From the NCBI GenBank assembly GCA_030390025.1, contig CM059432.1, positions 130,202,001 through 130,266,000 of the forward strand: a stretch of DNA of 64,000 nt. The letters are read 5' to 3'. The translations under genes were made by a program, and so were the position numbers. The stretch is from Squalus acanthias (lineage: Eukaryota). Position 1 is the first letter of the stretch; every line of letters starts with the position of its first letter. The notes beneath the pieces were generated by a model that was not told where the DNA came from, ran no database searches, and saw only the letters and a program-made list of their open reading frames with translations. Below are positions 38,101 to 51,355 of the stretch, piece after piece.

Positions 38101-38820
38101 GGCAGGATTGTTACCTCCCATTCGGGGAACACTTCAGCAGTCAAGGACATTCAGCCTCGGATCTGCGGGTTAGCGTTCTCCAAGGCGGCCTTCGAGACAC
38201 ACAACAACGCAAAATCATCGAGCAGAAACTGATAGCCAAGTTCCGCACCCATGAGGACGGCCTCAACCGGGATCTCGGGTTCATGTCACGCTACAGAACG
38301 TGACTCGACATCGTTGTCTGTTTTTCCAGTTTTTAAAAAAAAGTTAAAAGCTTAACTGCAGACTGCAGCATTTGACACGCTGGACCCCCTGTGACCCATC
38401 TCATTGTCTTAGCTGTACTCTGATGTGTCTTTGATGTAATGCCTCCCTGACGGATTGTATCTCTGCAGACACATTGTTCTCTGTCTATATCGATGTGTAA
38501 TATATGTGTAATATATGTGTAATCGATTTGTATTCCCTCACTGTACCTGTACCTGAAGAAGGAGCAGAGCTCCGAAAGCTCGTAATTTCAAATAAAACTG
38601 TTGGACTATAACCTGGTGTTGTGCGACTTCTCATTTTTGTCCACCCCAGTCCAACACCGGCATCTCCGCATCATGAACAGTACTGTGGGTGTACCTTCAA
38701 CACACGTACTGCAGCAGTTCAAGAAGGCGGCTCACCATCACCTTCTCAAGGGCAATTAGGGATGGGCAATAAATGTTGGCCTTGCCAGCGACACCCTCAT
38801 CTCAGGAACGAATTTTTAAA
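35190..38820 (+). mobile_element. Decayed CR1/Jockey-group LINE (APE + RT) with a tRNA-like 5' head; interrupted by a SINE fragment (35669-35780) and a Penelope fragment
   Basis: APE KVLLTNIWGL..QQPDIAILTE..RQDRPTRGGG..VGDFNV; KPWFN-like; RT DIKAAFDQVWH, GVPQ, FADD; same 3' tail as 12300-12370. Confidence 0.92.
37971..38676 (+). mobile_element. 5'-truncated Penelope family-1 copy: GIY-YIG domain, pLTR and hammerhead motif (38550-38584)
   Basis: YSCDSANVVYLIRC..WYIGET..MSRYRT*; tac CTGAAGA A GGAGC aga GCTCC GAAA GC TC gta. Confidence 0.95.
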
Positions 38821-39064
38821 AAAGCCCCAGCTGTTGGTGATGATGTAACAAAAATCACCTCATGGCACCACAACAAAAGTGTTATGTAATGACAGCATGA
38901 AACAAATATGGCATTTAGTTTTCAGGGCAGTAACACCTCTGGGATTTTCTACATCTGGGGCTTTCCACTCTCACAGCAGTTTTCAATGAAGAATATTAAA
39001 GCCTGCATACTACAGACAGATAATGCACCCTGTAATATTTAGAAGTAGAATTTGAAAAAAGAGA

Positions 39065-39362
39065 ACAACAGACTCGTATTTATATAACGCCTTTCACAAC
39101 CTCAGGACGCCCTAAAGCGCTCTGCAGCCAATGAAGTGCTTTTGACCTGTTATAATGTAGGAAACACAGCAGCCAATTTGTGCATAGCAAGATCCCACAA
39201 ACAGCAATGAAATAAATGACCAGATCATCTGGCTTTTTTTAGGTGTTGGTTGAGGGGTAAATATTGGCCAGGGCACCGGGGAGAACTCCCATGCTCTTCC
39301 TGGAATAGTGCCACGAGACCTTTTTCATCCACTTGAGAGGGCAGACGGGGCCTCGGTTTAAT
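39065..39362 (-). mobile_element. DeuSINE 3' half
   Basis: Reverse complement of the SINE tail and core. Confidence 0.85.
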
Positions 39363-39689
39363 GATATTCTTTTTTAAAAAAACAGACAGAAGTCATGATG
39401 CAGTGTTTACATTTGCTATGTGTGCGTCCAAAGAAAATATTGGTCACATTTTCAACTCACAGGATTTAAAGGGGAACTGTGCTCCAAACCTTCTGGTAGA
39501 TATTAATTTACATTTGATTAAAAACAATGATGTCAATTACTTTAAAAAAGTGTAATTGGATTACTTGGGTGTGACATTACCATGATCACAATGACACATG
39601 GCTTTTCTGGTTTAATTTCCTCCTCAAACTAAAAAGGTTGACTAAATAGGTTTTCATGTTGACAACACCTCCATAAGATGGCATTTAGC

Positions 39690-40331
39690 GGCACCAATTT
39701 TAGCTTTAGGCACACAGCGGGCAAGCAGAGCATGCCCAGCACCCACCCACTGTGCGAGGCCGAAGCCATTTTGAGGCCTGGGCTTCACTTGCGTGCAGCT
39801 AGCGAGCTGCCAGTGCCAAATCGGGGCCGCGACGCAGCTCGCCAGTTGGGCAGAGCTGATCGCCCGTCGGAGCCTGGGGTGCGGGTGGGGGGGGACGGAG
39901 GGATTCCCCAGGGGGCTACCTCGCATGGGCCAGCAGCAGGACAGAGCTCTTTTAGTGGGCCTAGGAGGAACACGCCTACTCCTCCTGGCCCCACAAAAAT
40001 AAATGCTAAAAAAAAAGTGCATCTTTTCTGAGCGGCATCCAGCGGTCCCTTTAAGGAACCACTGGTTAGGCCGCTCAACACCGCAACGTGCCTGACATGT
40101 GGTCCACTCATTTGCACTTCGAGATTGCAATCAGAGTCCTGAGTGCGTAATAGGGCCCTTATTTGCTTATTACAAGTAGCCTCCTGACTGAACCAGGCGG
40201 GGGCTCCATACCCTAGCCAAGATTACGACGGTCAGACCGCCAACGTAAATAAGGTGGTAAGTAACCCAACGCCACTTTCAGGCTGCTATGGCCTGATTTA
40301 CGCCAGGCAGAGGAGCTTAAAATCGGCCCCC
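39690..40331. mobile_element. Probable Harbinger-type MITE
   Basis: GC-rich island with imperfect termini ggcaccaattttagc / gcttaaaatcggccccc. Confidence 0.55.
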
Positions 40332-40394
40332 AACGATCCGCAAATCTGTCATAGGCAATCAATTTAGATGCAGTAATAATTTCATGCACTTAAC

Positions 40395-40569
40395 GGGCTA
40401 GATCTTGACTTTGTGCAATGGTGTAAAATGGGCGATAGTGAGTCGGCTGCCCGTTTCACATCGCACCTCGCTTTTTAGATCCATTGAAGTCACCTGGCAG
40501 AGATGTAACACAGACTGCCGACTCACTTTCACCCATTTTACACTATCGGAGAGAGTCAAGATCTGCCCC
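40395..40569. mobile_element. 175-bp palindromic MITE
   Basis: TIR gggctagatcttgact / agtcaagatctgcccc; extended arms tgtaaaatggg..agtgagtcggc / gccgactcact..cccattttaca; TSD AAC. Confidence 0.85.
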
Positions 40570-40961
40570 AACCAAACTCCAAAGCTAACTGCATTTAAAA
40601 ATACAACTCTGGTGTAACTTTACATATGAAATGTAGGAAAAGAGGGCTGTGATGACTGTCCATAGCTCTGTAAAAAACATTGAGGATTGGTTCCAGCATA
40701 AATTGAATCTTGGGTTCGAGCCCCAAGGACAGCTGAAAGTTTACTTGGCTCTTGATTAATATCTTTCCCCACATGCCCTCGTAAAGAAGGATGTAGTCTC
40801 AAAGAAGAAAAATTCGGAACATGAAAAATGGCTATTTGTTGATGCCTTTTTGCACTGGTGCCTGGGGTAACTCCAGCACAGTGCCCGCTCCCTGTATAAT
40901 GGAAAACTGTATGAGGTATATTACATTCACAACAGAGCAGAACAGGTAGGAAATAGTTTAA

Positions 40962-41461
40962 AATAACAACAGAAAATGCTGGAAACACTCAGCAGGTCAG
41001 GCAGCATCTGGGGAGAGAGAAACAGAGTTAACGTTTCAGGCCTGTGACCCTTCGTCAGAACTGGAAAAAGTTAGAGATGGAACAGGTTTTAAGCAGGTGC
41101 AGAGGCAGGGAAAGGGGGGAGAGGAGGAAAGAATTAAAGGGACAGTCTGTGATAGGGTGGAAGGCAGGAGTGGTTAAATGTTGCAAATGGCAATGGCAGA
41201 ATCATCAACACCTACCGCCTGAAAAAATAAAGGCACAGGGTATAGTCTGAAATTGTTGAACTCAGTGTTGAGTCCAGAAGGCTGCTGAAAGATGAGGTGC
41301 TGTTCCTCGAGCTTACATTGAGCTTCATTGGAACAGTGTAAGAGGCCGAGGACGGAGAGGTCAGAGTGGGAGTGGAGCCGAGAATTAAAGCGACAGGCGA
41401 CCGGAAGCTCGGGGTCACCCTTACGGACTGAATGAAGGTGTTCCGCAAAGCGGTCACCCAA
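40962..41461 (-). mobile_element. Penelope family-2 3' fragment with hammerhead motif (41025-41061)
   Basis: LGDRFAEHLHSVRKG..KLEEQHLIF; agtt CTGACGA A GGGTC aca GGCCT GAAA CG TT aact. Confidence 0.92.
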
Positions 41462-41590
41462 TAGGAAATAGTTTGTCATCAGTCTGTGGGAAAATGCAGG
41501 AATGCTGAAGCATTGGTCATAGCCCTGTTGTTTGAATTCACTGCACTCAACTCTGATCATTACACAGTTCTTAGGAACCCCAAACAGTTT

Positions 41591-42059
41591 GGGCTGGATT
41601 TTCAATGACCCATGGAGTCGGGTTTGGAGGCATGTGGGGGGTTAAAATTGCAGATTCGGGGGTCCCAACCCCATCCCGACTCCATTCCGCCTCCACGCAA
41701 TTTTGACAAAATCGGTCGCGGGGTTTCCGACTCCGTCCCGCCTCCAAGAGGCGCGAGAGGCCATTAAAGCCCTTAACAAGCTCTAAATTGGCTCTGCAAT
41801 GCCATTTTGAAACGTTTTAGCTAGTTTAACCCTTTTCCGACGTGAAGTACGCCTGATGTGAAACACGCCAGTGAAACCTGGCGGGAGCACAGGTGAATAG
41901 CTGACTATCAGCTGCAGGTCCACTATTACAACGGAAATGTGATGAAGGTAGTAGTAGTATTGTGATGAAGGTAGTTGTAGTATTAGGTCTGAAAGTCGCC
42001 TCTGATGCTGCTGCATTGAATGTCTTCAGAGACTGCCGGGAGGACTTGGTTGCAAAAAA

Positions 42060-42100
<41 letters not shown>

Positions 42101-42367
42101 ATGCTGCTCATTTTGCATCCAGGTCCTCTCACAGCAAAGGCCAGGCAATCTCTGAGACCAGGCAGTCTCTGACCTGCAATGATGACATCATCAGAGGCGA
42201 CTTTCAGACTGAAACCACTAATTGGTTCATGGGTTCCCACATGCTTGAACTCAATTGCCCAATTAAGTGAAAATTGCATCAATCTCCCACATCCAATTGC
42301 AGGCGGGTGGATCACATGAAGTGCGGATGACACGACCCCAACCCGCTCCAGTATCAAAATCCAGCCC
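41591..42367. mobile_element. Harbinger MITE related to the 57921-61080 element
   Basis: Perfect TIR gggctggatttt / aaaatccagccc; TSD TTT. Confidence 0.93.
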
Positions 42368-43499
42368 TTTGTGTTTCCTTATACAATGAACGTTATAGTG
42401 AATTTCTCATAGCAGTGAATAAAATGGTACACTGAAAAACTCAGGAACCAAGAATGGGGAGCATTGGATGGCGATGAGGTGCAATATTGCCCTCTGAACA
42501 TACTCATTGTTGACCATTGGGCAAAATTTAAGTTGTAGCGGAAAGTCATTCACCCTCTCCCTTAAAGAATATAGGGGAAGGCTTGCTGAGTACAACAGTG
42601 AAAACATTTTTCTGATACCTGCAGCGAATCTCAAGATTTGGCAATTTCAATCCAGCAGTGTCTACTTAACCAAGTATTTCCACCTTGATGAACAGGTGCA
42701 AGCTGCACCTATCAAATTGTGGCACACATCCTGAAGGGCACATGGGAAGGCAGACATCCCAGAATTTATGACGGGTGATATCATCCCATCCTAATTCCGT
42801 CATTTGCATGTGACTACAATTGGAAGGGTGAGTGCTTCTTCAGCACTCCCTGAAACTACTCAATTTATGCCGGGCGCTTTTCCAGCAGAACTCCGGCTGA
42901 TATCAGGCTCATCCCAAATTCCTGACCTCGTAAAGGAGCAATTAACTACTTAACTGACCCCCATCCCAGGGATTTTGGAGCTCATGGTTATATAACTGTG
43001 TGCAGAAGTTTTGTGTTAGATACTATTCCTCAATATGTGATGCAATTCCACTTTTTTTTCCTTACTTCAGACAGACGTTCAATTAAAAAAAAAGACACTA
43101 TACTGGGCAGGTCTGCTAAGAATAGTAGCTGGAAGAAGATGCTGTAAAGCAGGCCAATGGAGATTTGTTAGGTGCTCTACTGTTGCTGGTAGTATGCTGC
43201 ACTCCACCCCTAGCATCCCTCTCACCACTTGCCCTCGCTCTGGCCTCAGCTCCTGAGACAAGGAGCATACATTCTAACATTGATATTCAGCAGTGCTCAC
43301 CTAGGGTCAGCATCTGTTAACCAAAAGTTAGCACAGGATTAAAACTTCCTGCACTGCCCTGCGGTGGCCCCAAAATTCTGCCTGCCTGGGAAAGTTCTTC
43401 CACGTGTGCAGGGAACCTCTGGTCATGTATGGGCAGGTGATCAGATGGCTTCCGTGCTTGTAAACATTGATACGAGGCACTGGCATATCACTGGGTGAT

Positions 43500-45360
43500 T
43501 ATAAGAACATAACAAGTAGGAGCAGGAGTAGGCCATTCGGCCCTTCAAGCCTGTTCCGCCATTCAATAAGATCATGGCTGATCTTCTACCTCAACTCCAC
43601 CTTCCCGCACTATCCTCATATCCCTTGATTCCCTTAACATCCAAAAATCTATCGATCTATGTTTTCAACATAATCAATGACTGAGCATCCACAGCCCTCT
43701 GGGGTAGAGAATTCCAAAGATTCACCATCCTCTGAGTGAAGAAATTTCTCCTCATCTCAGTCCTAAATGGCCGAACCCTTATTCTGAGACTGTGACCCCT
43801 AGTTCTAGATTCCCCAGCCAGGGGAAACATCCGTCCAGTATGTACCCTGTCAAGTCCCTTAAGAATTTTATATGTTTCAATGAGATCACCTCTCATTCTT
43901 CTAAACTCTAGGAAATATAGTCCTAGTCTACTCAATCTCTCCTCTTAGGACAATCCCCCCATCCCAGGAATCAGTCCAGTGAACCTTTGTTGCAAGTATA
44001 TCCTTCCTTAGGTAAGGAGAGCAAAACTGTACACAATATTCCAGGTGTGGTCTCACCAGGCTCTATATAATTGCAGTAAGACTTCTTTACTCTTATACTC
44101 CAACCCTTTTGTAATAAAGGCTAACATACCATTTGCTTTCCTAATTGCTTGCTGTAACTGCATGTTAACTTTCTGTGATTCATGTACAAGGACAACCAGG
44201 TCCCTCTGAATATCAACATTTCCCAATCTCTCACAATTTAAAAAATATTCTGCTTTTCTATTTTCCTACCAAAATAGGTAATTTCACATTTCTCCACATT
44301 ATATTCCATCTGCCATGTTCTTGCCCACTCACTTAACCTATCTATACCACTTTGCAGCCTCTTTGTGTTCTCCTCACAACTTACTTTGCCACCTAGCTTT
44401 GTATCATCAGCAAACTTGGATACATTGCACTCGGTCCCCTCATCTAAGTCATTAATATAGATTGTAAATAGCTGCGGTACCTCACTAGTTGCAGCCTGCC
44501 AATCCGAAAATGAACCGTTTATTCATACCCTCTGTTTTCTGTCCATTAACCAATTCTCAATCCATGCTAATATATTACCCCCAATACCATGAGCCCTAAT
44601 TTTGTGTAGTAACCTCTTGTGTGGCACCTTATTGAATGCTTTTTGAAAATCCAAATACACTACATCCACTGGTTCCCCCTTATCTACCCTGCTAGTTCCA
44701 ACCTAAAAAAACCCTAACAGGTTTGTCAAACACAATTTCCCTTTCATAAATCTCTGCCTAATCATATTATGATTTTCTAAGTACCCTGTTACCAAGTCCC
44801 TAATAATAGATTCTAGCATTTTCCCTACCACTGATGTCAAGCTAACTGATCTATAGCTCCCTGTTTTCTCTCCCTCTCCTTTCTTGAATAGCGAGGTTAC
44901 ATTTGCTACCTTCCAAGCTGCAGGGACCGTTCTAGAATCTATGGAATTTTGGAAGATCAAAACCAATGCATCCACTATCTCTGTAGCCACCTCTTTTAAA
45001 GCCCTAGGATGTAGGCCATCAGGTCCAGACGATTTGTTGGCTTTTAGTCCCATTAATTTCTCTAGTACTATTTCGTTACTAATACTAATTTCTTTAAGTT
45101 CCTCATTCTCACTAGACCCTTGCTTCCCCACTATTTCCAGAATGTTTTTTGTGTCTTCTTCCATGAAGACAGATACAAACTATTTGTTTAATGTCTCTGC
45201 CATTTCCTTATTCCCCATTATAATTTCTCCTGTCTCTGCCTGTAAGGGACCCACATCACCTTTCGCTAATCTCTTCCTTTTTACATGCCCTTCAAAGCTT
45301 TTACAATCTGTTTTTATGTCTCTTGCTAGTTTACTCTCATATTCTCTTTTCTCTCTCTCA
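43500..45360 (-). mobile_element. 5'-truncated CR1 LINE with internal deletions
   Basis: KSSGPDGLHPRALKE, WKVANVTSLFKKG, RRMRGDLIETYKIL; tail ttcttatg. Confidence 0.95.
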
Positions 45361-45809
45361 GTTCTAGAGTCCACTTAGCTAGAGGCTAGAAGGTAAAATT
45401 TGTGGCTCTGAATCTCTTTGTCTCCTGCCAGCTGAACATCTTGTTCTGAACAGCAGATGTGGTGTTGTTATTTTACAGCAGTATAATTGTCGGTAATGGA
45501 TTGGCAGAAATAATTATTGGATTAAATGCCTTCACCCGGCTTAATCCTCTGCACTTGTGGTTATCCGTATATCAACAAATTGTAATGTGCAGGCTGATCC
45601 TGAAATAATTCTTCATTGAAAGTAGGTTGATGCTTCCCTGAAAACCTTTACAGCAAAATCAATCTGCTTGGTGATGGTGACAATATGTGGGGCGGGAGTG
45701 AGTCTTACCCACATGATGCATTAAAAGCTCATTATCACTTCTAAAGCCCACTTAAAGTTGCAATGAAATTGTTAAACACTCCCATAATTTTACCACAGTT
45801 TTTTTATTA

Positions 45810-45960
45810 TTCATTCTCAGGATATAGGTGTCACTGGCAAGGCCAGCATTTATTGCCCATCCCTAGCCGCCCTTGAGAAGGTGGTGGTGGGCCTTCTTCT
45901 TGAACCGCTGCAGCCCGTGAAATGAAGGTGCTCCCTCAGTACTGTTAGGGAGGAAGTTCC
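45810..45960 (-). mobile_element. 3' tail of the 35190-38820 LINE family
   Basis: ctggcaaggccagcatttattgcccatccc. Confidence 0.8.
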
Positions 45961-45962
45961 AA

Positions 45963-46700
45963 AAACAACAACAACAACTTGTATTTATATAGCACCTGTA
46001 ACATAGTAAAACATCCCAAGGCACTTCACAGGAGTGTCATAAAACAAAATTTGACACCGAGCCACATAAGGAGAATTTAGGGCAGGTGACCAAAAGCCTG
46101 GTCAAAGAGGTAGGTTTTAAGGAGCGTCTTAAATGAGGAGAGAGAGGTAGCGAGGCGGAGGGATTTAGGGAGGGAATTCCAGAGCTTAGGGCCTAGGCAG
46201 CTGAAGGCACGGCCACAAATGGTGGAGCGAGTCTGACAATTTAGAGACACTGGAGGGGTCGAGAGAGGTGGTGGTGAAGTAGAGCTGGGTGTCGTCAACG
46301 TACATGTGGAAACTGACGCTGTGCTTTTGGATGATGTCGCCAAGGGGCAGCATGTAGATGAGAAATAGGAGGGGGGCAAGGATAGATCCTTGGGGGACAC
46401 CAGAAGTAACGATGCGGGAGCGGGAAGAGAAGACATTGCAGGTGATTCTCTGGCTACAATTAGATAGATAAAATTGGAACCAGGCGAGTGCAGTCCCACC
46501 CAGCTGGACGACGGTGGAGAGGCGTTGGAGAAGGATGGAGTGGTCAACTGTGTCAAAGGCTGCAGACAGGTCGAGAAGGATGAGGAGGGATAGTTTACTT
46601 TTATCACAGTCACATAGGATGTCATTTGTGATTTTGATAAGAGCCGTTTCGGTTCTGTGGCAGGGGCGGAAACCTGATTGGAGGGATTCAAACATGGAGT
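45963..46700 (-). mobile_element. L2 LINE fragment with a large internal deletion
   Basis: QSGFRPCHRTETALIKITND..LLDLSAAFDTVDH..GVPQGSIL..YVDDTQLY joined to the L2 tail. Confidence 0.93.
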
Positions 46701-47196
46701 TCCAGTATGATGAGTATTACGACAGCAGTATCAACAAGGCTTAAAGGGGGAACTTTCTTCTCAGATGTTGTTTAGTAAACATTTATTGTTTTGGGATAGA
46801 GAATAGGCAGAAAAACCAGGTGCCATTTTTTTCCCCGTGATAACACTATGCGCAAAAGTCACATTGTTACGTGTTTCATTACAATTACACCATTTGTATT
46901 GAGGTCTGTGCACCTGCTTGTTTTTATCATATTTAAAATATCTCTGATTCTTGCAGGTTACATTTTTTGACTGAAAAGGCACAATTACAAACAACTCCAC
47001 AGACAGGATTTTCTGTTCTTTACTTCCCGATTTCTGGATGGTTGTTGGGTGGGTGGGTGAGATCTGTACAGCACATTTTCACCCACCTGATTCTCCAATG
47101 TAACTTTACCCCCAGCTGTGCCCAAGATAAAATGGGCAACATATTTAAACGAGGCAGTAATGTTGAGGTGATGTCTTGCATCCCATTTTCCATCAT

Positions 47197-47652
47197 AGAA
47201 AGAAAGAAAGATAGACTTGCATTTCAAAACCAGGATGTCCCAAAGCGCTTTACAGCCAATGAACTACTTTTGAAGTGTAGTCACTGTTGCTGTGTAGGAA
47301 ACACGCAGCCAATTTACGCACAGCAAGCTCCCACAAACAGCAATGAAATAAATGATCAGATCATCTGTTTTAGGTGTTGGGTGAGGGATATATGGTGGCC
47401 AGGACACCAGGGAGAACTCCCCTGCTCCTCTGTGAACAGTGGTTTGGGTTCTTTTACCTCCACCTAAAGGGGGCAGACGGGGCCTCAGTTTAACGTCTCA
47501 TCCAAAAGACGGCATCTCCGACAGTGCAGCACTGCCTCAGTAATGCACTGAAGTGGCAGCCGAAATTATGTGCTCAAGTCTCTGGAGTGAGACTTGAACC
47601 CACAGCCTTCTGACTCAGAGGCGAGAGTGCTTGCAACTGGACCAAGGCTGAC
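47197..47652 (-). mobile_element. DeuSINE, near full length
   Basis: Reverse complement of the 15223-15690 family. Confidence 0.9.
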
Positions 47653-48317
47653 ACCTCTCTATACCCAACTGTCCGAATTTCCTGTCATTCCTCGCCGCAT
47701 CCCACCCGAAATAGGATGGTATGGCAGAGAAAAATTCCTGCCCCCATCTGTCCATTGTAAAAGCTCAATTATATTCTTTTGAAGGAAATGTATATATGTA
47801 ACCTAACTTTATTTTCTAACACTCACTACAAATCAGCCATATTTCTGAGTGTACGTCATGAAATAAATGTTGCATCCTTGAAACAATATCTATTTTGAGA
47901 CAGCAATAGTTCATTTTGACTTTGTAGAGATGTTAATAGACCAATTAAACCAGTTACGGCTAACGTAGTACTTAATTTGTTTAAATAAATTGTAAATTAT
48001 CAAAAGAATGACGATTTCCTTTAATATTGAATTTGGTCAGATAATTTCAATACATAACCTACTGTCAGGTTTTAGATATGCATCATGTTATCATAATAGA
48101 GTTACTTCTTCATTGTAATATTAAGAAAGCGGAATTAAACTGACATTTTAGGCAACACCGTTTTGTCTTTTATCCAGATCAGAATGTAAAAAGGCTGTCT
48201 ATAAAACTCAGTGTGTAATTATAGAGCTTTGTAGGTCAGAGGTTTCTCTATTTTTGTGAAGCCATTACACACAAGTCTTGTGGACTCCATAGCTAAATGA
48301 TTAAACTTTTCCTCAGT

Positions 48318-48714
48318 TGTATTCTCTAGACTATAGAAGATTAAGCGGCAGTCTAATTGAGCTGTTCAAGATGATTAAAGAATTTAGTAGGGTAGGTAGA
48401 GAGAAACTATTTCCTCTGGTGGGGGAGTCCAGAAAAAGGGGGGGTAACCAATAAAATTAGAGCTAGGCCGTTCAAGGGTGATGTCAAGCAGCACCTCTTC
48501 ACACAAACGAGAGTGGAAGTCTGGAACTCTCTCCCCAGAAAGCTGTTGAGGCTCGGTCAGTTGAAAATTTCAAAACTGAGATTGATAAATTTTTGTTAGG
48601 CAAGGGTATTAAGGGTTACGGAACCAAGGTGGATAGATAGAGTTAAGATACAGATCAGTCGTGGTCTAACTGAATAGCTCGAGGAACTGAATGACCTACT
48701 CCTGTTCCTATGCT
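48318..48714 (+). mobile_element. CR1 3' end
   Basis: tattctctagactatagaagattaag...cctactcctgttcctatg. Confidence 0.85.
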
Positions 48715-49964
48715 CCTCGTGGTGAATTAACAATTTGGCTGTTTGAAAAGTGTGAAAGGAGCATCACTACAGGTGCAGGGTGTTTTCATTCTAAGTGCTC
48801 TCTTCTAAGTTTTGAAATGCCCAGAGCCTAGAAATTTTTCCACCCCCAAAGAATTGAAGTCAATGGAAAATAAAATTGGTCGGGTGCAAAATGGGCGGCT
48901 GATCCGATCCCTTCATTTTCCCACTGGGCATGTTAGGTTAAAATTCCCCCCCTGCCCCCGTCTAGGTTTTAAAAACTGTGTAGAGCGTTAAGGAGACGTT
49001 TATGAAAGAGCATTTAAAGCGGTCAGTGGTTAATACTAGGAGTGAACTGAGTGGCCTGCATGAAAAGTAGTTCTTCAACATACTTCATCTTTTAGGTGCT
49101 TTCTTGGAATGCCGAAGTTTGTCGGAACTAGTAGCATTTAAAAATAATCCTGGTCAATGACAATGTAAAAATAGTCTGTCACTACGTTTATTTTTAAATA
49201 CAATTGTGCGATGTGGTCAGGTTCAAGACTTATAACAAACAAGAAGTAGTTGCGTAAGGTGAATTTCTTTAATACTTTTGCAATGCAGTTTATGTAATCC
49301 AGAATACTGCAGCAATACGTGGCATCCTTCTGTTGTTGGGTAAGTGCGCCCATGTACAGCAGATGAGAGTTGCCCAACATCCCTCCATCCTGAAAAACAA
49401 GCTGTGAGTTGCGTCACCATGCCTCTTGGCTCTACAATCATTGCAACAACTGCTGTATTTGTACTTAACAGCTATTGATTTCATAGTCTGCTCATTTTGT
49501 TCTGTTAATTTCTAACTGTCTTTGTAAGCCACGTGCCCCGATGCTGAATTTGCACACTCTTGGTACAAGAAATAATAGAGCGAAGTTCAGCCAATGTAAC
49601 ATGTTTAGTTACTGAATGCTTTGTAGGGATTTTGAAGATGAGACTCCATTATGGTGATACTGCCTATTAAAGTCCCAGCAAACATCTGCCAACCCTTTGC
49701 TTCGTGAATGATGAGCAGCCTGCAATGGATAATGACAGTGTGACAGTGCATACATAATATTTATGCTGACCTAATTTTGAATTACTATTATTGGGCTTTA
49801 TTATAAGTGCTAGCTTGGCTCATTTCGTATTATTCTCACCTCTCAGTTAGAAGGTTGTGGGTTCAGGCCCCACTCCAGGATGTGAACACTTATCCAAAGC
49901 TAACATTTCAGTACAGCATTGGTGGAGGTGCTGTTCTTCAGCTAAGCCATTAAACTAAGCTTAT

Positions 49965-50705
49965 GGTGAGTGACTTAGATAACACAATTGAGAGCCATAT
50001 ATCCAAGTTTGCCAATTACTCAAAGATTGGTGGTACAGTAAGTAGTGTAGGCGGGGGTCCTAAAATTACAAAGAGACATTGATAGATTAACTGAGTGGAC
50101 GAAACTGTGGCAGATGGATTTCAATGCAGGTAAGTGTGAGCTTTTTGGACCAAAAAAGGATAGATCTGAGTAATTTTAAATGGTGAAAAGCTAGAAACAG
50201 TGGAGGTCCAAAGAGATTTAGGGGTCCATGTACACAGATCACTAAAATATAGTAGTCAGGTCCAAAATATAATCAGAAAGGCTAATGGAATGTTAGCCTT
50301 TATAACTAGAGGGCTAGAATATAAAGGGGAGGAAGTTTAGCTGCAGCTATACAGAGCCCTGGTTAGACCACATCTGGGGTACTGTGTACAGTTCTGGGCA
50401 CCATACCTTAGAAAGGATAGATTGACCTTGGAAGGAGTGCAGCGGAGATTTACCAGAATGTTACCAGGGCTCCAAGGGTTAGATTATGAGCAGAGATTAC
50501 ATAGACTAGGCTTGTATTCCCTGGAATATAGAAGGTTAAGGGGCGATTTAATTGAGGTTTTTAGGATTTTGAAAGGAATTGTTAGGGTAGATAGAGAGAA
50601 ACTTTTTCCACTGGTGGGGGAGTCTAGGACAAGGGGACATAACCTTAAATCACAGCCAGGCCATTCAGGAGAGAAGATAGGAAACACTTCTTAATGCAAA
50701 GGGTG
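49965..50705 (+). mobile_element. CR1 RT fragment, preceded by a degenerate SINE head (~49810-49960)
   Basis: LEGVQRRFTRMLPG..RRLRGDLIEVF. Confidence 0.9.
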
Positions 50706-51134
50706 AGATGGGTTGTAGCTTTAGTACATGGGAATATTTGGGAAGCACAGATTTCAGCTTCAGGGTGTCTTCTTGATGGGAAATAAATTATCTTTTTTTG
50801 TTTGACCTGCGTGCTAAGTCTTTGTTCGATTCCAATGTCTCAAATCTAAGTTAAATATCGTCATGAGTGCTAATTGATGCTCGTGAAAACTTTATCTAAT
50901 GGTGTAAGGGTATACCAATCTGCTGTGCCAGAGAGTGGGAGGATAAGTGATAGGCAGAGCCACTGATGTATAGTGACTGAATAAATCAAATTCCATTTTC
51001 ATTACGTGGCAATCTGGAATTTAGGCCAGTGTTTTGGGCATCACAGTACAGTTATTGACCCGATTCTGAACATGAATGTTGCACAGTTTACAATTACACA
51101 GTTTGTTAGCTTTCATAGTCACCGTACTCTTTGC

Positions 51135-51355
51135 AGAAATAAAAACAGAAAATGCTGGAAACACTCAGCGGGTCAGGCCGCACCTATGGAGAGAGAAAAA
51201 CAGAGTTCACGTTTCAGGTCGGTGACCTTTCGTCAGAACTGGAAGATGTTAGCGATGAACAACTTTTAAGCAAGTGCAGAGCCAGCGGAAAGGGGGACAG
51301 GAAAAGAACAAAAGGGAGAGGTCTGTGATAGGGTGGAGAGCAGGAGTGATTAACT
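51135..51355 (-). mobile_element. Penelope family-2 pLTR fragment with hammerhead-like motif
   Basis: agtt CTGACGA A AGGTC acc GACCT GAAA CG TG aact; position 17 is G. Confidence 0.85.

Noticed and set aside
49288..49345. Plus-strand exon candidate ending TTGG|gtaagt
   Set aside because: Single splice-like site with no supportable partner exons or homology.
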